The position numbers and the translations under genes are program-made. The notes beneath the pieces were generated by a model that was not told the DNA's origin, made no database searches, and was given only the letters and a program-made list of their open reading frames with translations. Below are positions 26,969-38,348 of a stretch of 64,000 nucleotides of DNA, one piece after another. The DNA comes from Octopus sinensis. Lineage: Eukaryota. The first letter of the stretch is position 1. Every line of letters begins with the position of its first letter. Location of the stretch: contig NC_043003.1 in NCBI RefSeq assembly GCF_006345805.1, positions 1,550,001 to 1,614,000 of the forward strand. The letters are read 5' to 3'.

Positions 26969-27183
26969 AAAGGGGTGCTGAAAAGATCCTTGCTTTAAGA
27001 GTATTGAAAAAAGCCTGGTTGGAGGCCCAGCCTTCCAAATTCCTTTACAGGGCTTAGAAAAACTGACGACTGCTGCAATGTAATTGTGTGAATGTGAGAG
27101 GGAAAACATTGAATGAAATCATGATGAACTGATCCTTTTCTATTTTCCTTTACCCAAATCCAGGAACTTGTCAGCACCCCCTT
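26969..27183. mobile_element. mariner-derived MITE (copy 1)
   Basis: GGGGTGCTGAAAAG ... CTTGTCAGCACCCC termini; interior homologous to 29035-29248. Confidence 0.65.
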
Positions 27184-27217
27184 GCACACATATGTATATG
27201 TGTATATATATATATAT

Positions 27218-28146
27218 ACTGAAAGTGTAACTGCTAGAGTAAGAATAGCCTGGGCAAAGTTCAGAGAGCTCTTACCTCTGCTGGTGACAAAAGGCCTCTC
27301 ACTCAAAGTAAAAGGCAGACTGTATGACGCATGTGTACAAACAGCCAGGCTACACAGCAGTGGAAGATGGGCCGTGACTGCTGAGGATATGCGTAAGATC
27401 GCAAGAAATGAAGCCAGTATGATCCGATGGATGTGTAATGTCAGTACTCATACTCGGCAGAGTGTAAGTACCTTGAGAGAAAAGCTGGACCTAAGAAGCA
27501 TCAGTTGTGGTGTGCAAGAGAGACGTTTGCGCTGGTATGGTCATGTGGCGAGAATGGATGAAGATAGTTGTGTGAAAAAGTGCCACACCCTAGTGGTTGA
27601 GGGAACCTGTGGAAGAAGAAAACCTGGGGCGAGGTAGTGAAGCACGACCTTCGAACTTTAGGTCTCACCGAGGAAATGACTAGAGACCGAGATCTTTGGA
27701 AGTATGCTGTGCGTGAGAAGACCCAGCAGGACAAGTGAGACCATAACCCGTGGCCTCTACCTAGGATGTAGCCAGTCCACTTATGCATACCTTTCCTTCT
27801 TGGGACACAAAACTCTACTTGTGAAGACCTGTTGAGGCAAGTGAAAATCAAAATCAATCAACATCAATAGAAATTGCAGCTGTGGTACCAGTGCCAGTGG
27901 TACATAAGAGAACCATCCGAACATGGCCGTTGCCAGCGCTGCCCCGACTGGCCTCATGCTGGTGGCACGTAAAAAGCATCCACTACACTCATAGAGTGGT
28001 TGGCATTAGGAAGGGCATCCAGCTGTAGAAACACTGCCAGGTCAGACTGGGCCTGGTGCAGCCTTCTGGCTTCCCAGACCCCAGCTGAACTGTCCAACCC
28101 ATGCTGGCATGGAAAGCGGACGCTAAACGATAATGATGATGATGAT
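27218..28146 (+). mobile_element. 5'-truncated RTE-clade LINE: ORF C-terminus + ~400-nt 3' UTR + (GAT)n
   Basis: ORF 27182-27637 ARVRIAWAKFRELLPLL...RRLRWYGHVARMDEDSCVKK, running without a break into the abundant GAT-tailed repeat. Confidence 0.9.
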
Positions 28147-28513
28147 AATTATTTGAGGGAATATTAATCCAAACTTACAGGGAAAAAATTCAATTTAGAA
28201 AAACTAAATCAAATTTCACACAATATAATATATAAATGGCGGTGCCCCAGCATGGCCACAGCTCATAAGCTGAAACTAGAATCAATCAATCAATCAATCA
28301 ATCATATAAAAAATTAGAAAGAACCACCTTTTAACAATTCAAAATGAACAATTAAATTACACCATCTATAAAATTACATGTAATATAAATATTAAAATTA
28401 AAATGACAATAAAATATCAATAATTAAGGTAATTGCAAAAGAAATAATAACATATATAACTGGTAGAATAACAATTATATACGTTTTTATTATTTTTTTT
28501 GCAATTACCTTAA

Positions 28514-28911
28514 TCTTTATATATAAAAGTGAGGTTGTGTGCTGTCTGTCTCCTACGATTTAGATTCCTTACTCCCACATTTTGCGGTGCAGTTTAACCA
28601 AAACCAGGTATCTTATAGTCGTGATTCATATCGAGCCCTTCTGGGTATTAGTGCGCGTCTACGATGAGGCTACAATTTTAAAAAAAAATTTACCATCATT
28701 TTTTTCCATTTTAATGCATTTTTCGCTATTATATAAGGGAAGTAACTCTCTAAAAATGTCTACGATGAGTCAACGATTTAAAAAAAAATTTACCATCATT
28801 TTTTTTCTATTTTTAATGCATTTTTTTGCTATTTTTTGGCTATAACTCTCTAAAAATGCTTATATAGTTATTTCCCTTACAAACCCGAGCAACGCCGGGC
28901 GATACTGCTAG
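28514..28911 (+). mobile_element. Non-autonomous Helitron-like element (copy 2)
   Basis: A|TC 5' end at 28514, subterminal hairpin CCCG-AGCAACGC-CGGG, CTAG|T 3' end at 28911, no TSD; internal ~100-nt tandem duplication. Confidence 0.8.
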
Positions 28912-29034
28912 TTATTGATATTTTATTGTTATTTTAATTTTAATATTTATATTATATGTAATTTTCTAGATGGTGTAATTTAATTGTTCATTTTGAATTG
29001 ATAAAAGATGTTTTTTTCTAATTTTTATATATAT

Positions 29035-29248
29035 ATGAGGTTGGGGCTGAAAAGTTCCTTACTTTAAGGATATTGTGAAAGGCGTGGTTGGAGGGCCAGC
29101 CTTCTGAGTTCCTTCACATGACTTAGAAAAACTGATGGACTGCTGCAATAATTGTGTGAATCTGAGAGGGGAATATGTGGAATAAAATTAGAACTGATCC
29201 TCCTCTATTTCCTTTTACCCAAAACCAGGAACTTTTCAGCACCCCCTC
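29035..29248. mobile_element. mariner-derived MITE (copy 2)
   Basis: GGGGCTGAAAAGTTCC ... GGAACTTTTCAGCACCCCCTC termini. Confidence 0.65.
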
Positions 29249-30221
29249 ACACACATGTATATGGTGGGAGGGGTGTCTGTATAAACACACACACATGACA
29301 GAATTCTTTCAGTTATTGTCTCCCAGACCTGCTCACAAAGCCTTTTGTTGGCCTGGGGCTATAGCAGAAGACAGTTGCCCAAGATGCCATGGAGTCTTGC
29401 TGTTGAGGGGATACAAAGCTGCTCCCATATATTATGTAAGGGCCAGTGGGGCTAACGAGAAAGAAGATTGAGACAGTGGTGGTGATGAAATGCCAGAGCA
29501 TCCCAAGATCCAAGAAGGTGAATGTAAGAGGGGGGGATACAGGTAGCGGATCTGGTGGAGGGGCGGTGAGGAGCATAAGAGTGTGAAGGAGGGGCAATAG
29601 ATGGGAGTAGAGGTGGGAGTAGTGAGTGATAAATAAGTGGTAGAGATGCAGTTAATGGGAAATACCCGTATCGAGGGGATGGGGTTGAGTCAAGAGAGAA
29701 GGGATTCAGGAAGAGGAATGCTTGCTTCCCAACCATATGGTTCTGGGTTCAGTCCCACTGCATGGCACCTTGTACAAGTGTTTTCTACTGCAGCCTCAGG
29801 CAGACCAAAGTCTTGTGAGCGAATTTGGTAGAGAGACAGAAAATGAAAGAAGCCCATCATGTATATATCATCATCACTTAATGTCCATTGTCCATGCTGG
29901 CATCGGTTGGATAGTTTGAGTGGTCTGGCCACACTGGAAAGCTGCACCACATTCCACTCTTTTTACATGCCACAATGCTGTAAAATGGTTTGTGTTAGGG
30001 AATAGCATCCAGCCGTAGAAACCATGCCAAAACAGACACTTGGAGCCGGGTGCAATTCTTCAGCCCATTGGACCCTGTCAGACTGGCCAACCCTTGCCAC
30101 CATCAAACTGGATGTTAATTAATATTTACACTTTGCTAATGAACAATTTATTCTCTTGTCTGAGCAACTAATTCCTCTTTTGCTTTACCAATGGTTTTCT
30201 TCATTTTGTGTTTATTTCCAG

Positions 30222-30339
30222 CACAAATCCAGCTTCCACAGTCACCTGATTTTTAAATGCTAAAATTCTGAGCGACAATTTCCTTTGATGTTTACTCCCA
30301 GCTAGCCTGGAAATAAACCACCAATGTTTCAAAAATTAA
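30222..30339 (+). other. Candidate upstream exon of LARGE; ATG at 30324 is in frame with the main ORF (adds MFQKLNESK)
   Basis: Strong acceptor TTTTGTGTTTATTTCCAG at 30221, donor TAA|GTAAGT at 30339/30340; ATG TTT CAA AAA TTA A|AC GAA TCC AAA ATG on splicing to 31584. Confidence 0.5.
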
Positions 30340-31594
30340 GTAAGTTTCCCTTCGATTTCAAACTCACTAAATTTTTATAAAGATGTGCTGCAATGTGATC
30401 ATCTTGTCTGCTAGAAATAGCAGCCATGTTCTTCTCAAACCACAGCTTGCTGTCTTAAAAAAAAAGTACACATTTAATAATGTAACTCTTTGATACATTG
30501 TCTGAGAATAAGATGAGGTGGTCAAAGATGGAACACTTTGATCACAGCTGGATTTCAATAACAACAATATCACCATCATTATTTCATGTCCACTTTTCCA
30601 TGCTTGAATGAGTTGGATAGAATTTGTTGAGGCAGATTCTCTATGGCTAGGTGCCTTTCCTGTCTCCAACCCTCAAGCAAGAGAAGATTTCCCCTTGGCT
30701 GAACATGTTTTCATGGAAGTTCAGAAACGAATGACAGTGCTGCCAAGGCAACAAGACACACACACACACACACATATATTATACATACATACACAAGTAC
30801 ACATATGTATGTAGACATGCTACCTTCAGTTTCCATCTACCAAATCCAATCGCAAGGCTTTGGCTGGCCTGGGGTTATAATAGAAGACACTTGTGCAAGG
30901 TGCCATGCAGTGAGATTGAACCTGATATCATGTGCTTGGGAAGCAAATGTCTTATCACGCAGTCACACCTCCACCTATATGCAAATACAAGCATGCACAC
31001 ACACACACACAAACACATGTGCACACATCAGGCTTCTGTACAGTTTCCATCACCCAAATTTCATTCCCTTGGCATTGGTCAATCCAAGGCCAGAATACGA
31101 GACACTTGCCAATCATGCTGCAGAGTGGGATTGAACTTAAAGCCACATGTTTGGAAATTGAACTTTCTTACCACCCAGTCGTACCTTCACTTAGAGCTGT
31201 GCTTTCTGTGCCTATTGGTGTTGTGGGTGGTGTGGTTTTAATGCCTGGCTTTCCTTGTATCATCAACCATTTTACAGCTTGGATTGGTTTCAGCACAAGA
31301 GAGATGTGACAAAGCTAAAAGGTCCCCCCTGCCTTTCTATTAATGTTTTCAACACAATATTTACTGACCTCACTCCTCCTTCTTTAACCCTTTCGATACC
31401 AACCCAGCTGAAACCGCCTGTGGATCTGTAGTACAAATGTCTTGTTTTCAAAAAGCTCTGAATCAAAATCTTCCACCAAACCTTAGTCACAATTTATGTT
31501 CCTAACACTAGCTTAAGGATAACTAAGTTATTTCAAGGGGTAATGTATTATGATAATCTTACTTTTCAATTTTCTATTGTAAGACGAATCCAAA

Positions 31595-31688
31595 ATGTTC
31601 CGAGTGAAGAAGAAATTCTTGTTGGTGCTGATTGTAGTCTACGCTTTTCCAATGTTCTTCCTGGTCTACCTTACTGTCAGTACTGATG
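31595..31688 (+). CDS. LARGE1: LARGE xylosyl/glucuronyltransferase coding exon 1 (cytoplasmic tail + TM)
   Basis: MFRVKKKFLLVLIVVYAFPMFFLVYLTVSTD; acceptor at 31583, donor G|GTGAGT; basic residues + hydrophobic helix like human MLGICRGRRKFLAASL..; phase fits exon 2. Confidence 0.85.
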
Positions 31689-32667
31689 GTGAGTAACAAA
31701 TACAATTATTATTATTATTTTCTGGGAACATAAACCATGATGTGTCATCATAATCACATAACCCTAACCCTAATCCTTATCTACAGATTTGTAGATAAGG
31801 ATTAGCTAATTATAATCTCTGATTGGTTCGTTTATTCTTCCTTTTTATTTCTGTACTAATACTCAGTTTGATAAGATGTTGGGCAGTAAAGGCCAAAGAA
31901 TTAAGGATTCATAAAACCCATTATTGCTGAACTATGCCCAAAGCAAAAATCATTCTGTTCCTAATGGATAAGTGTATCTATGATTAGTTAGAGAGAGGAA
32001 TACTGCCCACTGTTGTAGTCCATGGAAGCAGAAGTATCTTAATAGCCTACATTGCTGTACTAATCATGTGGTTTTTGTATGAAGCAAACTTGATAAATTT
32101 GCCTTTTAGCGATGTATCTGCATTAAGTATAATATATAGATGGTTATTTAAATCCAATACTGTTTCTATTGCATATAATGAAATCTTCTTCAGTTGAGCA
32201 GCTACTTGCAGCATCAGTGATTTTTCAGTCAGCATTTTGCTATATCAGATGTCTCTGTTATGTAGTTGACAGTGGGTACCTGCTACTGACCAAGCCTAAC
32301 GAGGCAGAAACGTACATTTAGCAAAGCAACCGCTACTGCTGGTCAATTTTTCATGTACTACTCATATATATATCTTTCTGTTTTTAAACACAGTATGCCC
32401 CATAAGTGATATTGTTTCCAGATCAATACCACAAATTTTTGTGTGTGTGTGTATATATATATACAGAGTGGTTGGCGTTATATATACGGAGTGGTTGGCG
32501 TTAGGAAGGGCATCCAGCTGTAGAAACACTGCCAGATCTGACTGGCCTGGTGCAGCCTTCGGGCTTGCCAGACCCCAGTTGAACCGTCCAACCCATGCTA
32601 GCATGGAAAGCGGACGTTAAACGATGATGATGATGATGATGATGATGATATATATATATATGTGTGT

Positions 32668-33050
32668 GGAGGCGCAATGGCCCAGTGGTTAGGGCAGCGG
32701 ACTCGCAGTCGTAGGATCGCGGTTTCGATTCCCAGACCGGGCGTTGTGAGTGTTTATTGAGCGAAAACACCTAAAGCTCCACGAGGTTCCGGCAGGGATG
32801 GTGGTGATCCCTGCTGTACTCTTTCACCACAACTTTCTCTCACTCTTTCTTCCTGTTTCTGTTGTACCTGTATTTCAAGGGGCCGTCCTTGTCACTCTCT
32901 GTGTCACGCTGAATATCCCCGAGAACTACGTTAAGGGTACACGTGTCTGTGGAGTGCTCATCCACTTACACGTTAATTTCACGAGCAGGCTGTTCCGTTG
33001 ATCGGATCAACCGGAGCCCTCGTCGTCGTAACCGACGGAGTGCTTCCATC
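32668..33050 (+). mobile_element. CpG-rich, apparently young tRNA-derived SINE (family C)
   Basis: A box TGGCCCAGTGG, B box GGTTTCGATTCC, 3' end CGTCGTAACCGACGGAGTGC; decayed relatives at ~8997-9310 (+) and ~57650-57825 (-). Confidence 0.85.
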
Positions 33051-33115
33051 CATATATATATATATTGATTCTTCTTCTCTGAAGCATCTGTTTTTTTCTC
33101 TTTGATTCATTTCAG

Positions 33116-33230
33116 ATTATATTTCTTACGGTAACAATGGAGCCTACGGTGTCAGTCGCTTGGAAGCAAAGCTGGCACAACGAGTTAGAGAAATGGAAGA
33201 GAAGAACCAGTTTCTTCAAAAGCAGTTAAG
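33116..33230 (+). CDS. LARGE1: LARGE coding exon 2 (stem/coiled coil)
   Basis: DYISYGNNGAYGVSRLEAKLAQRVREMEEKNQFLQKQL resembles human RMREVEEENRALRRQL; TTTCAG / AG|GTTGGT. Confidence 0.85.
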
Positions 33231-33876
33231 GTTGGTCCCTTTGCTACGACTTAACCTGATGTTGAGTATTTTCTCTATAAACCCACAAGTTAACTTGTTT
33301 TTGGAAAACAAACTTGTATGCCTGTAGGGCATATATATATTAATATATATAGGCATGTGCATGGTTTCAGGTTCAATCCCACTGCATGGCACCTTGGATA
33401 AGTGCCTTCTATAGCCATGGGCCAACCAGTGCATTGTAAGTGAATTTGGTAGATGGAAACTAATGGAAGCCTATCATACAGGTGTGTGTGCATATGCATG
33501 TTTGTGTGTTGTGTTTGGCCCCCACTTAACAACCAGTGTTGGTTTGTTTACATTCCTGTAACTTAGCCCTTCAGCAAAAGGAGCCAAAAGAATGTCACAT
33601 TTAAAAAATAAAAAAACTGGAGTCACTTTGACTAAATTCCTCGAGGCAGTGCTCCAGCTTGGCTGCAGTCCAGTGACTGAAACAAGTAAAAGAAAAAGAG
33701 AGATAAGTGGTATTAATGAGGAAACCAGTGAAGTGAAGAACTTGGCTCAAAAACAGGGCAACTTTATCTTGTTTGTGTCCGTGTTACAAACATCAACTCG
33801 GTTGAAACAAAAATTAGCCACATCATAAAAATTAGTTGAGAATTTTGTTGCCCAGATAGTGTTGCTAACGGGAGCA

Positions 33877-34105
33877 TTAACCCTTTTTTTTACCAACCTG
33901 GCTGAAACCACCTCTGGCTCTGAGTACAAATGTCTTGTTTTCATCAGTTTTGAATTAAAATCTTCCACCAAACCTTAGTCACAATTTATGTTCCTAACAC
34001 TAGCTTAATGATAACGAAGTTATTTTACTAAATTCTTTGTTATGGTTAAAATTAATTGAAAGAAACACAGAGCATCTCAAAATAATACAGTAACGAAAAG
34101 GTTAA
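33877..34105. mobile_element. piggyBac-like MITE (family 1)
   Basis: TTAA-CCCTTT ... GAAAAGG-TTAA; opposite orientation to the 5747 copy. Confidence 0.75.
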
Positions 34106-34167
34106 CGAGTTTTCTTTTGTTATTGTTTTCATCTTCTCTCAAAAAATATAAAACAATTATTGTTTAT

Positions 34168-35570
34168 GAACGTGGCCGTAGCCAGTACTGCATCGTCTGG
34201 CCTCTGTGATGTGGGCACATAACAAACACCATCCGATCGTGGTGGCCCCTACCTGGGACGTAGTCAGTCCACCTGTGCATACCTTCCTTCTTGTGACACT
34301 TGTGAAGACCTGTTGGGGCAAGTGAAAATCAACAAATCAAAAAATCAAAACAAATCAAAATAGATGAACATCAATGGAATCTGTATCTCTGTGGTACCAG
34401 TGCCGGTGGCACACAAGAAAACCATCCGAACGTGGCTGTAGCCAGTACCGCATCGACTGGCCTCCGTGCTGTGGGCACATAACAAACGCCATCCGATCGT
34501 GGGCGTTCGCCAGCCTCATCTGGCACCTGTCCGAAGACCCGGCAAGACTAGTCAGGCCATAGCCCGTGGCCCCTTCCTGGGACGTAGTCAGTCCACCTGT
34601 GCATACCTCCCTTCTTATGACACTTGTGAAGACCTGTTGAGGCAAGTGATAATAATAATAATAATAATCATAATCAAATCAAATCAAAACAAATCAAAAT
34701 AGATGAACATCAATGGAATTTGTATCTTTGTGGTACCAATGCCGGTGGCACACAAAAAAACCACCCGAACGTGGCGGTAGCCAGTACCACATCGACTGGC
34801 CTCCGTGCTGTGGGCACTTAACAAACACCATCCGATCATGGCCGTTCGCCAGCCTCATCTGGCACCTGTGTTGGTGGCACATAAAAACACCATCCAAAGA
34901 CCCGGCAAGACTAGTCAGGCCATAACCCGTGGCCCCTACCTGGGACGTAGTCAGTCCACCTGTGCATACCTTCCTTCCTATGACACTTGTGAAGACCTGT
35001 TGAGGCAAGTATGTGACACTTGTGAAGACCTGTTGAGGTAAGTGTGTGACAGTTGTGAAGACCTGTTGAGGCAAGTGAAAATCAAACCAAATCAAAATAG
35101 ATGAACATCAATGGAATTTGTATCTTTGTGGTACCAGTGCCGGTGGCACACAAGAAAACCATCCGAACGTGGCCGTAGCCAGTACCGCATCGACTGGCCT
35201 CCGTGCTGTGGGCACGTAACAAACACCATCCGATCGTGGCCGTTCGCCAGCCTCATCTGGCACCTGTGTCGGTGGCACATAAAAACACCATCCGAGCGTG
35301 GCCGTCTGCCAGCCTCGTCTGGCACCTGTGTCGGTGGCACATAAAAAAAACACCATCCGAGCGTGGCCGTTCGCCAGCCTCGTCTGGCACCTGTGTCGGT
35401 GGCACATAAAATCACCCACTACACTCTCGGAGTGGTTGGCGTTAGGAAGGGCATCCAGCTGTAGAAACACTGCCAGATCTGACTGGCCTGGTGCAGCCTT
35501 CGGGCTCCCCAGACTCCAGTTGAACCGTCCAACCCATGCTAGCATGGAAAGCGGACGTTAAATGAGGATG
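34168..35570 (+). repeat. Tandem concatemer of RTE 3'-end units (~340-400 nt) ending in one complete RTE tail
   Basis: AAATCAAAATAGATGAACATCAATGGAAT recurs at ~34355, ~34693 and ~35092. Confidence 0.9.
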
Positions 35571-35961
35571 AGTTAGAAGCAGATTCAAACCCGCATACCT
35601 TGTGTGTGTGTGTGTGTTTGAATTATTGTTCATGTTCCAGCTAAAGAACTGTAATTCTTGGGTACTTGAACCATGTCCAGACCAAATATTCTACCTGTTC
35701 TTTGTTCAGACTGCTCTAATCAGACCTCTCACACCTACCCTACAATGTCAATCTGAAAAAAAAAACCCACATCATCAAAAATCTCAAAGCTATAGGATAA
35801 TGCATGATTAATTTAAATGAATAAGCATAACATTTAACAGTATTTGTAATGTTAAAGGTTAAATAAAAACTTTATTGCTCAGGCAAATAAAAGAATTTTA
35901 CCCACATTTTTCTATTAAAAAAAAACAATGACCTCATACAGTATTGTTGTTGTTGTTGTAG

Positions 35962-36100
35962 TCTGTCCCAGAATCAATTACTAAATCTTCAAATGAGCTT
36001 CGCTGCTGACAATGATACCAAATTTGCTTCCTACAAAAATCATATGAATGGTACATGCCTTCGATGTCTGAATAATGAACCAGAAGTCCCAAAATGTGAG
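35962..36100 (+). CDS. LARGE1: LARGE coding exon 3 (stem)
   Basis: SLSQNQLLNLQMSFAADNDTKFASYKNHMNGTCLRCLNNEPEVPKCE; ends KCE as in LARGE; GAG|GTAAGA. Confidence 0.85.
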
Positions 36101-36470
36101 GTAAGAAGTCTTCTCTTCACTTACATTGCCCCCTTTTTTTTTCTTTTTTTTTTTTTTGCTGCCATTTGGTTTGGGTGGGGGTGTTGAAAGTACCCTGTGT
36201 ATGTGTTTAATTTCAGTTTCAAAACAATCAAGAATTTGAAAAAGATTAGGAAATAACTAAAATCTTCATTTAATCTGATGCTTCCAACATAAGCTAGCAA
36301 AAATTTCTTACATAAAATTATGATGAAAAGAAATAATTTTAAATATGCCAGATCAGACTGGAGCCTGGTGCAGCCTCCATGGCTTCCCAGACCCCTGTCG
36401 AACCGTCCAACCCATGCTAGCATAGAAAACAGACGTTAAACGATGATGATGATGATGATGATGATACAAA

Positions 36471-36853
36471 GGTGCAGGAGTGGCTGTGTGGTAAGTAAGC
36501 TTGCTTACCAACCACATAGTTCCAGGTTCAGTCCAAACTGTGTGGCACCTTGGGCAAATGTTTTCTACTATAGCCTCGGGCCGACCAAAGCCTTGTGAGT
36601 GGATTTGGTAGACGGAAACTGAAAGAAGCCCGTCGTATGTATGTATGTGTGTGTTTGTGTGTCTGTGTTTGTCACCCCAACATCGCTTGACAACCGATGC
36701 TGGTGTGTTTACATCCCCGTCACTTAGCGGTTCAGCAAAAGAGACCGATAGAATAAGTACTGTGCTTACAAAGAATAAGTTCTGGATTCCACTTGTTCAA
36801 CTAAAGGCGGTGCTCCAGCATGGCCACAATCACATGACTGAAACAAATAAGAG
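36471..36853 (+). mobile_element. Full-length family A tRNA-derived SINE
   Basis: GGTGCAGGAGTGGCTGTGTGGTAAG head, GGTTCAGTCC, GGCACCTTGGGCAA core, central (GT)n, GACTGAAACAA tail. Confidence 0.9.
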
Positions 36854-38176
36854 TATAGGCACAAGACCGGTTCTGGGTGAATTCATCTGTGGGTGTGTGT
36901 GTGGTTGTAGATGAATTGTTGTAGACAAATTCGCCAGATACCCACAAGAACAGCTGTGTGGTAAGAAGTTTGCTTCCCAACCACATAGTCCTGGGTTCAG
37001 TCTCACTGCATGGCACCTTGAGCAATTTTTTTTCTCCTATAGCTTCAGGCTGACCAAAGCCTTGTGAATGGATTTGGTAGATGGAAACTGAAAGAAGCCT
37101 GTCATAAATTTGTGCTTGTGTTTGTCTTTCCCCATCACTTGACAACCGGTGTTGGTGTGTTTACTATAACTTAGTGGTTTGGCAAAAGAGAGTGATAGAA
37201 TGAGTACCTGGCTTTAAAAGAAAAAAATTAAGTTCAGGTATCTATTCATTCAACTGAAATTCTTTAAGACGGTGCCCCAGCATGGCCATGGTATGATAAC
37301 TGAAACAAGTAAAATATGAAAGATAACAGATAAACATTTGAAGTTGGTGGTTTTGTATTGTAGCACTTGCAGGAGTCTGGTGCCAGAAGACTGGTGCCAG
37401 AATGGATCGGAGCAGAACAGTTGGAGACAAATGCACACACTTGCTGAAATGTATAGAAATAGAAAGACAGAGAGAGAGAGAGAGATTATAGTTTATTAAT
37501 TGAATACATCACCATCATCATCCAAATTCTGTTTTCCATGCTGGTATGGGTTGGACGGTTTAACAGGAACTGGCAAAGCATAAAAAAACTATACAAAGAA
37601 GGAAAAGAAGGGTCTTATAAATTCAAAAGATGTTGATTGACGAAAAATTAAAGGACTGAATGTCAAAATTAAGACGATAGTAGAGAGTTCTAGAAAGCAC
37701 CAGTTCAAGGAAGGAAGCAATTAGAACAGAAGGACCTATGACTAACAGGAAGCTCCACAGAGAAATGCTGCAGCTGGGCAGGGAAGCGAGTGACATGTTT
37801 AAAAGTCTTGAGTGAGGGTAGCAAACCAGAAAGTTCATTGGGACAATGGTCAAAGAAATATTTAGATAAAAGACACAACAGAGACAATCCCAATACGCCA
37901 GCCTAGTGAAAAGACATATTGGATAATGTAATCCTAAATGCCAGCTTAATCAGAGTCGGCCTGGGGTTAAACAGTGAACAGATTTGCTTCAAAACCCAGG
38001 AAGTGACTTCTAACATATTTCCAAATATTTTCTGTATGGTCGTAGAAATAACCACAAAGTTTCAAATTTTGTGTTTGACAAACCCCTGACTTTTGTGAAT
38101 CTGTAAAAGTTGTTTAAAATACTGAAATCTATGCAATATATCTACCTTTTTTTTTTATTTTTTGTCTTTTAACCAG

Positions 38177-38348
38177 ATTATCCATGTGGCTATTGTATGT
38201 GCTGGGCACAATGCTACAAGAGATGTCGTCACGTTAATTAAAAGTATTCTGTTCTACCGCAAGAATCCTCTTCACTTTCATTTCATCTCTGATAGTGTCG
38301 CTCATCTCATCTTACAGAAATTATTCAAAACCTGGAATGTTGCTGAAG
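38177..38348 (+). CDS. LARGE1: LARGE coding exon 4 (GT8 xylosyltransferase domain start)
   Basis: [57 protein letters not shown], closely matching human [23 protein letters not shown]. Confidence 0.97.

Noticed and set aside
32668-32740. Functional tRNA gene (also 6568-6635 and family A/B heads)
   Set aside because: A/B boxes are present but there is no complete acceptor stem or cloverleaf, and each continues into a repeat body; these are SINE heads
34355-35633. Cluster of overlapping 62-145-aa ORFs
   Set aside because: All derive from repeated RTE 3' UTR sequence; the same peptides recur at every copy
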